In this document: positions 45,336 to 51,360 of the stretch, piece after piece | How the letters are laid out: each line of letters opens with the position of its first letter | How positions within the stretch are numbered: the stretch's first letter is position 1 | From: Balneolaceae bacterium | GTDB lineage: Bacteria > Bacteroidota > Rhodothermia > Balneolales > Balneolaceae | Direction: 5' to 3' | Length of the DNA: 51,360 nucleotides | NCBI GenBank assembly: GCA_021767245.1 | Contig: JAASTO010000001.1 | Span: 1 to 51,360, forward strand | The notes under the pieces: generated by a model | What the model was told of the DNA's origin: nothing | Database searches by the model: none | Seen by the model: the letters and a program-made list of their open reading frames with translations, nothing else | Made by a program: the position numbers and the translations under genes

Positions 45336-45782
45336 ATGATTCACAAATTTACAAAAGAGAATATAGACGAAATCGCCAAGGTTCTTGGCACCTCTCCTAA
45401 ACCACTTGGGAATGATGTTTTTCGTTTCGAAGTAAAAAATGAGGAAGATCCTCGTAAACTTGCTCTCGAGGTTCACCTTGGACTCGAAGTTGACGGAAAC
45501 CCCATGAACATGGTGTCTGTGTATGCCTTCAATACTTTCCTGCAGCTTCATAACTGTACCGCATTTGTAGCCAGTGACATGCTTCAACAGGTCACCTTTT
45601 TCGGGAGGTCCGGTGATAAAACCTCTGGTCTGATCGTTGAAAAGACGGCCGGTTGTAGCTTATATGCTAATGTCGATCAAGCCATCCTTAATGGAGATTT
45701 CACCCAACTTCCGGAAGACCTGATGATGTGTGGTATTGCATTATCACTCACCGAGTCAATGGACGATGATTTCTCATTCTAA
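45336..45782 (+). CDS. Hypothetical protein
   Basis: 148-aa ORF filling the gap in a co-oriented run, ordinary composition, 11-17 nt before ybeY. Confidence 0.75.
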   Translation: MIHKFTKENIDEIAKVLGTSPKPLGNDVFRFEVKNEEDPRKLALEVHLGLEVDGNPMNMVSVYAFNTFLQLHNCTAFVASDMLQQVTFFGRSGDKTSGLIVEKTAGCSLYANVDQAILNGDFTQLPEDLMMCGIALSLTESMDDDFSF

Positions 45783-45793
45783 CCTACCCCTCC

Positions 45794-46246
45794 TTGCCAA
45801 TGAATGAACCGACTCTGCAAATATTTAACGAGAGTTCGGTCAGTATTCCACTTGATCAAGCTTCAGCCGGAAAGATCATTTCTTTGATAGAGGAACAGGA
45901 AGAGGTTACATTTGATTTTATAGAGGTGGTTTATGTAGATGAAGATGAGATCGTGCTCATCAACATGGACCACCTTGACCGGGATTATGTCACCGATATT
46001 ATTTCATTCAAGTACGATGAGAATTCTGAAGGAAAAAATGGAATTGAAGGTACCCTGTTTTGCTGTGCCCCCCGAATCGCTGAGCAAGCAGAGGAGTTTG
46101 GCGAAACCACGGAAAATGAATTCAGGAGAATATTGATCCACGGTCTACTTCATTTGATCGGGTATGATGATCAGACTACCGAAGATAAAAAGCGGATGAC
46201 CGAGCTTGAAGATAAGTATCTGAGCCTGTTTCAAGAGAACAAATAG
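45794..46246 (+). CDS. ybeY: rRNA maturation RNase YbeY
   Basis: N..HL.RDYVTDIISF, IEG, RILIHGLLHLIGYDD, M..LED; start may be ATG 45800. Confidence 0.92.
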   Translation: MPMNEPTLQIFNESSVSIPLDQASAGKIISLIEEQEEVTFDFIEVVYVDEDEIVLINMDHLDRDYVTDIISFKYDENSEGKNGIEGTLFCCAPRIAEQAEEFGETTENEFRRILIHGLLHLIGYDDQTTEDKKRMTELEDKYLSLFQENK

Positions 46247-46278
46247 GCTGCTTTTTCGTACATCACTCCAAAAATGGA

Positions 46279-47418
46279 ATGAGCACAGAGAATAAACCAA
46301 ATATCATCAAGAATCAGACTAAGGCTTTTGGATTGCAGCTGTGGGATCTGCTGCGGGCTCAGGTTGACAAACACAGTGCTAAAGACCTGCCTGACCATCA
46401 GCGCGATGTACCCCCCAGAAAAACTACTGAACACCGCTGGTTACTAAATATTCTTTTCGCAATTCCCTACCTGTTGCTTGGTATCTTTATCTTCTCTTTT
46501 TACTGGGATTTTAGTGGTTACGAAGCCACTGTATTGGATCATACCTTTAATTTTGAAGGCATTCTTAGGATCGTCAGTATTAGTGGGTTGATCGGTTTTT
46601 TAACAAACTGGATTGCTATAACCATGCTTTTCCGCCCTACTCACCGGCGTCCCATTCTCGGTCAGGGATTGATCCCCGCACAAAAAGACCGGATAGCCTA
46701 CCGCCTCGCACGGGCTGTATCAGAAGATCTCATTAATCCGGAGATCATCAAACAAAAGATCCATGAGTCTCAGGCCATTGCCAAATACCGGGAAAAAGCC
46801 ACCGTGTACATTAAGAAGATCATTGATGATCCTGAATTCCGGTTCAACCTGAAGCAGATTGTAGTGGGTTATGTGGATGAGATGATCGCTGACCCTGAGG
46901 TCAGATCCAATATTGCCAGAAAATTGATCGAACAGATCGATGAGGCGGTCGATGAAAAATCGTTTGAGAAAGTGGCTCTCAAAGCTTACAGTTTTTTTAA
47001 AGGTCAGGAAATGCAGGATCTGGTTGAAAGCGCCCTTTTTAAACTACCTACCGGTATTGAGAACAGTTTAAATAAAATGGATACCTTTCTGGACGAACTC
47101 CCAGAGAAGTTGGATGAAAATGGCTCTGTGATCGAAGAGTTGATCACAAAGATGCTGTATAAACTCATTAATCAGTTAGATGTTCAGGCACTGGTGGAAG
47201 ATAACCTGAGACAATACGACGAGAAAAAGCTTGAAACCCTCATAAAAAACGCCAGTAATGATCAGCTCCAATACATTCAGTATTTAGGCGCTGTTTTGGG
47301 TACTTTTGGGGGATTGATCATATGGGAACCAATAGCCAGTTTACTTGTTATTACTGTAATTATTGCGATCACTCTTTTGCTAGACGTCACCTTGATACGG
47401 TTAAAAAAAACCTACTAA
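46279..47418 (+). CDS. DUF445 family membrane protein
   Basis: GLIGFLTNWIAITMLFRP, QGLIPAQKDRIA, LQYIQYLGAVLG. Confidence 0.88.
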   Translation: MSTENKPNIIKNQTKAFGLQLWDLLRAQVDKHSAKDLPDHQRDVPPRKTTEHRWLLNILFAIPYLLLGIFIFSFYWDFSGYEATVLDHTFNFEGILRIVSISGLIGFLTNWIAITMLFRPTHRRPILGQGLIPAQKDRIAYRLARAVSEDLINPEIIKQKIHESQAIAKYREKATVYIKKIIDDPEFRFNLKQIVVGYVDEMIADPEVRSNIARKLIEQIDEAVDEKSFEKVALKAYSFFKGQEMQDLVESALFKLPTGIENSLNKMDTFLDELPEKLDENGSVIEELITKMLYKLINQLDVQALVEDNLRQYDEKKLETLIKNASNDQLQYIQYLGAVLGTFGGLIIWEPIASLLVITVIIAITLLLDVTLIRLKKTY

Positions 47419-47440
47419 CTTAATTTATCATATAAACATT

Positions 47441-49108
47441 ATGAGATATTTCTACAGGGCATTGTATGTAACAGCCATTCTGGTCTTCACGGTTAGTTGC
47501 AGCCATTCAAAAAGTATTACAGGCGAAACAGACAATTTGCCTCTAGTCAGCACCACAACCATTTCTACATTCAAACCCACTGTAGATGAGCCAAATGACA
47601 CATGGCACCTAACCCCTGCCACAGATGAGTTTTATACGGGAACCGGTGTAGAACGGGCTTACACAGAAATTCTCTCAAACAGATCCCCAAAACAAAAAGT
47701 GATCGTTGCGATCATCGATTCAGGAACAGATATCGAACATGAGGATCTTGCAGACAAGATCTGGGTCAATGAGGATGAAATTCCAGGAAATAATAAAGAT
47801 GACGATAATAACGGGTATGTGGATGATATCCACGGGTGGAATTTCATTGGAGGTCCTGACGGTAGTCATGTTGACAAAGATACATACGAAGTGACCCGAC
47901 TTTATGCCGAGATGAGAGATGAATTTGAAGGAAAAGAACCTTCAGAAATTCCTTCAGACAAAATGGATGACTATCAGTACTTTCTTGATATAAAGGAAGC
48001 CTATCAAACACGGGTCAATCAAAACAGTCAGGAATTACAGCAAATAACACAGATCAGAATGGCGGTACAGTTTGCTAAAAACACCCTTGGGATCAACAGT
48101 ATTGATAATATTTCTCAGGACAGCCTGCAATTAACCGGTAGCGAAGATCAGCAGACCTTTCAGGCCAAACAGATCATCAGCAGCCTTAAAATGAACGGGG
48201 CGAAAGAAAGAGATCTTGAAGACCTGGAAGAATACAATCAGCAGCTTAACGATCTGGCTGAATATGGCCTTAATCCGGATTTTGATCCCCGGCACATAGT
48301 GGGAGATGATTACGACGATTTGAGTGACAGATTTTACGGCAATAATGATGTAAAAGGCCCCAGAAGCGACCATGGTACCCATGTTGCCGGAATTGTGGGA
48401 GCGATTCGAAATAATGATCTTGGGGCACAGGGAATCGCAGATCATATCGAATTGATGATTGTCAGAACCGTTCCTGATGGCGATGAAAGAGATAAAGACG
48501 TTGCCAATGCCATTCGTTATGCTACTGAAAATGGAGCGAGGGTCATCAACATGAGTTTTGGTAAAGGTTACTCTCCTGAAAAAGAATATGTAGATGCAGC
48601 CATTAAGTTTGCAGATAAAAAAGGTGTACTTTTGGTTTCAGGAGCCGGAAATGGCAGTGAGAATGTTGACGAAACTGATTCCTACCCCACCCGCTTTTAC
48701 ATGGATGGTGGTCAGGCCAAACATTTTCTAAGCGTTGGTGCTACCTCCTGGAAAACAGACTCTACCTTGGTAGCCGGCTTCAGCAACTATGGTAAAAACA
48801 CGGTAGATATTTTTGCCCCCGGTGTGGATGTGTATTCTACTTATCCCGAAAATAATTACGAGATGAACAGCGGTACGAGTATGGCAGCTCCGGTTGTGTC
48901 AGGCATTGCTGCTTTAATGATGGCCTACTATCCGGAACTAACTACCACTCAGATTAAAGACATTCTACTAAAAACAGTTAGTAAAGTTGATCTGACCGTT
49001 TATAAGCCCGGTGATATGAGTCCTATCTCCTTCTCTGAATTGTCTTCAACCGGAGGTATCATCAATGCCTACTCCGCTATACAAACAGCTGAAGAACTCA
49101 CCAGGTAA
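47441..49108 (+). CDS. S8 (subtilisin-like) serine peptidase lipoprotein
   Basis: Lipobox TVS|C; IIDSG, DDDNNGYVDD, HGTHVAG, GTSMAAP. Confidence 0.95.
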   Translation: MRYFYRALYVTAILVFTVSCSHSKSITGETDNLPLVSTTTISTFKPTVDEPNDTWHLTPATDEFYTGTGVERAYTEILSNRSPKQKVIVAIIDSGTDIEHEDLADKIWVNEDEIPGNNKDDDNNGYVDDIHGWNFIGGPDGSHVDKDTYEVTRLYAEMRDEFEGKEPSEIPSDKMDDYQYFLDIKEAYQTRVNQNSQELQQITQIRMAVQFAKNTLGINSIDNISQDSLQLTGSEDQQTFQAKQIISSLKMNGAKERDLEDLEEYNQQLNDLAEYGLNPDFDPRHIVGDDYDDLSDRFYGNNDVKGPRSDHGTHVAGIVGAIRNNDLGAQGIADHIELMIVRTVPDGDERDKDVANAIRYATENGARVINMSFGKGYSPEKEYVDAAIKFADKKGVLLVSGAGNGSENVDETDSYPTRFYMDGGQAKHFLSVGATSWKTDSTLVAGFSNYGKNTVDIFAPGVDVYSTYPENNYEMNSGTSMAAPVVSGIAALMMAYYPELTTTQIKDILLKTVSKVDLTVYKPGDMSPISFSELSSTGGIINAYSAIQTAEELTR

Positions 49109-49117
49109 CCAAACTCT

Positions 49118-50563
49118 ATGGGTGGATCAGAAAATCATTATGATGCGGTAGTTGTAGGATCCGGTCCAAACGGACTGAGTGCTGCCATTCGTCTCTCTCA
49201 GGATGGCCTGAAAGTCTTGGTTCTTGAGGCAAAGGAAACCATTGGCGGAGGAACGCGCACTATCGAATTGACCGAACCGGGTTTTTTGCATGATGTATGT
49301 TCAGCGGTTCACCCCACAGCCGCAGGGTCTCCGTTTTTAAGTACGTTAGAGCTTGATAAATTTGGACTTGAGTTCATTCAACCTGAGATCGCCTACGCCC
49401 ACCCCCTTGAAGATGGAGACGCCGCTTTAGCTTACAGGTCGCTCGAAAAAACAGCCGAAGGTTTAGGAGTTGATAAAGAAGCTTACATCAAATTATATGA
49501 TGAGTTTGCAGGTGACTGGAGTTACTTATCTCAGGATATCTTTGGTTCTTTACGCATACCCAAACATCCTCTGCTCATGGCTAAATTCGGGTGGTATGGT
49601 ATGTTCTCTGCCAAACTTCTGGTAAATTCTTTGTTTAAAACCGAAAAGGCGAAAGCGTTATTTACCGGATGTGCGGCCCACAGTATCGTGCCACTGACCC
49701 GATCATTCACAGCTTCATTTGGATTGGTACTTGGTGCGTCTGCACATGCTGTTGGTTGGCCTGTTGCTAAAGGTGGGTCGGCAAGCATCACACAAGCCAT
49801 GGCCGGCCTTTTCAGATCACTTGGCGGGGAGATCGTTACTAACCACATGGTTGCATCCTTATCTGACATACCTACTGCAAAAGCCGTTCTATTTGACCTG
49901 ACCCCACATCAGATAGCTCGTATTGCAGCAAATAAACTCCCAAAAGGTTATCTGAACAAGCTCAGAAACTACAAATATGGCCCCGGTACTTTCAAAATGG
50001 ACTGGGCTTTATCTGAACCGGTTCCATGGTTAAATGAGGCTGCAAGGAAAGCAGGCACATTGCATCTGGGAGGTAATTTTCACCAGATCGCAAAAGCTGA
50101 ACAAGCCGTTTGGGACGGAGAGCATCCTGAGCATCCATATGTTTTGGTCTCACAACCCACTGTTTGCGATCCCTCAAGAGCCCCAAAAGGTAAACATACT
50201 TTGTGGGCATACTGTCATGTTCCAAACGGTTCAGAGAAAGATATGAGCCGGATCATTGAGGATCAGATTGAGCATTATGCCCCGGGATTCAAAGACACGA
50301 TCATCAGCAAACACACTATGCATGCCATGGAGATGGAGCAGTATAATTTCAACTACATCGGTGGTGATATTAACGGAGGGGCACAAACGATCACGCAGCT
50401 TTTTGGGCGACCTGTTTTAAAGTGGAACCCTTACAAAATTCCATCCGATGGCTTATATATTTGCTCCTCTTCCACACCACCCGGCGGAGGAGTACACGGA
50501 ATGTCGGGGTATCATGCAGCTCAATCTGTCCTGAAAAATGAGTTTCATATCTCTAAAATTTGA
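49118..50563 (+). CDS. Phytoene-desaturase-family FAD-dependent oxidoreductase
   Basis: GSGPNGL, HDVCSAVHP, DPSRAP.GKH, GGDINGG, STPPGGGVHGMSG. Confidence 0.88.
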   Translation: MGGSENHYDAVVVGSGPNGLSAAIRLSQDGLKVLVLEAKETIGGGTRTIELTEPGFLHDVCSAVHPTAAGSPFLSTLELDKFGLEFIQPEIAYAHPLEDGDAALAYRSLEKTAEGLGVDKEAYIKLYDEFAGDWSYLSQDIFGSLRIPKHPLLMAKFGWYGMFSAKLLVNSLFKTEKAKALFTGCAAHSIVPLTRSFTASFGLVLGASAHAVGWPVAKGGSASITQAMAGLFRSLGGEIVTNHMVASLSDIPTAKAVLFDLTPHQIARIAANKLPKGYLNKLRNYKYGPGTFKMDWALSEPVPWLNEAARKAGTLHLGGNFHQIAKAEQAVWDGEHPEHPYVLVSQPTVCDPSRAPKGKHTLWAYCHVPNGSEKDMSRIIEDQIEHYAPGFKDTIISKHTMHAMEMEQYNFNYIGGDINGGAQTITQLFGRPVLKWNPYKIPSDGLYICSSSTPPGGGVHGMSGYHAAQSVLKNEFHISKI

Positions 50564-50587
50564 ATTGATATAAGCTTATCTTTAGGC

Positions 50588-51360
50588 ATGCTAAAAAAGC
50601 TGCATACAACGATTCAAAATCTGAGATCTGATACTAATCGTCCAAAGAGCTCCTCCGATAAATGGACCTATCTGAGTCTGGGGGTCGCTCTACTGATCTC
50701 CATTCCCATACTAACCGTGGTAATCTCGGTTTTTACACCGGCAGGAGAAGTCTGGAGTCACTTAGCTGATACCGTACTTGATGACTACATCAAAAACTCC
50801 CTGTTATTGATCACAGGTGTCTCTGCCGGGGTAATACTGATTGGAGTATCATGTGCCTGGCTGATCACCATGACCGAATTCCCGGGTAGAAAAATATTTG
50901 AATGGGCCTCCATCCTTCCCTTTGCTATTCCTGCTTATCTGCTTGCTTACATCTATACTGATTTTCTGGACATCACAGGGCCGCTTCAGAATATGATCCG
51001 AAATGTCTTTGGCCTTGGAATTGACGAATACTGGTTCCCAAATATTCGATCCGTGGAAGGTGCCATTCTCATCATGTCACTGGCGTTTTATCCCTATGTG
51101 TATATGTTGGCCAGGTCGTCTTTTCTGGAACAATCCACAACGCTTCTGGAAGCCAGCAGGATCATGGGATATTCCACCTGGCAAAGTTTCTTTAAAGTGG
51201 CTTTGCCCGTAGCCCGACCCGGTATTGCAGCCGGTTTGGCACTTGCCCTTATGGAAACGCTGAATGATTTCGGAACGGTACAATACTTTGGAGTACAGAC
51301 CTTTACCACAGGGATCTACAGAACCTGGTTTGGTTTGGGAGAACGACCTGCAGCAGCCCA
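50588..51360 (+). CDS. Fe(III) ABC transporter permease (FbpB-like), 3' end outside window
   Basis: Read manually from ATG 50588: EFPGRKIFEWALILPFAIPAY, YPYVY, EAA-like LLEASRIMG, LMETLNDFGTV. Confidence 0.9.
   Translation, partial: MLKKLHTTIQNLRSDTNRPKSSSDKWTYLSLGVALLISIPILTVVISVFTPAGEVWSHLADTVLDDYIKNSLLLITGVSAGVILIGVSCAWLITMTEFPGRKIFEWASILPFAIPAYLLAYIYTDFLDITGPLQNMIRNVFGLGIDEYWFPNIRSVEGAILIMSLAFYPYVYMLARSSFLEQSTTLLEASRIMGYSTWQSFFKVALPVARPGIAAGLALALMETLNDFGTVQYFGVQTFTTGIYRTWFGLGERPAAA

Noticed and set aside
49118-50563. Carotenoid biosynthesis gene (crtI)
   Set aside because: No crtB, crtY or other crt genes nearby, and the motifs fit the broader uncharacterised desaturase-like subfamily; no symbol assigned.
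1-51360. Prophage, integrase, defence island, tRNA or rRNA genes
   Set aside because: No supporting ORFs or RNA structures seen; intergenic gaps are short and explained, apart from 39200-39771.

Overview
A 51 kb, gene-dense (about 44 CDS) chromosomal segment. Gene content, promoter style, A-rich non-Shine-Dalgarno starts and signal peptides point to an FCB-group bacterium, most likely Balneolaceae (inference). It is mostly core and envelope/proteolysis genes (rnz, recO, pdxA, ftsE, queG, prmA, gatA, tatA, rlmD, ybeY, DegP, Omp85, DPP-IV, S8, M28). I found no rRNA, tRNA, CRISPR array, prophage or intact transposase. Highlights: (1) an ECF sigma factor with no adjacent anti-sigma, whose three neighbouring envelope genes each carry the same TGA(A/C/T)C(C/T)-N17-CG(C/T)AT promoter-like motif, suggesting a local regulon; (2) an operon of three secreted amidohydrolase paralogues, only one of which keeps its metal ligands; (3) an atypical RNase Z (HxDxDH, no GP motif, about 100-aa basic tail) between the two halves of a heterodimeric ABC exporter; (4) signs of two protein-modification systems, N-terminal pyroglutamylation (M28 cyclase-like enzyme plus Ala|Gln signal cleavage sites) and O-glycosylation (DUF2723 plus D-S/T-hydrophobic sequons); (5) a small decaying accessory patch at 38.3-40.6 kb with REP-like relics and a TIMP-like gene broken by one in-frame stop. 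All calls come from reading the sequence; no searches were run.
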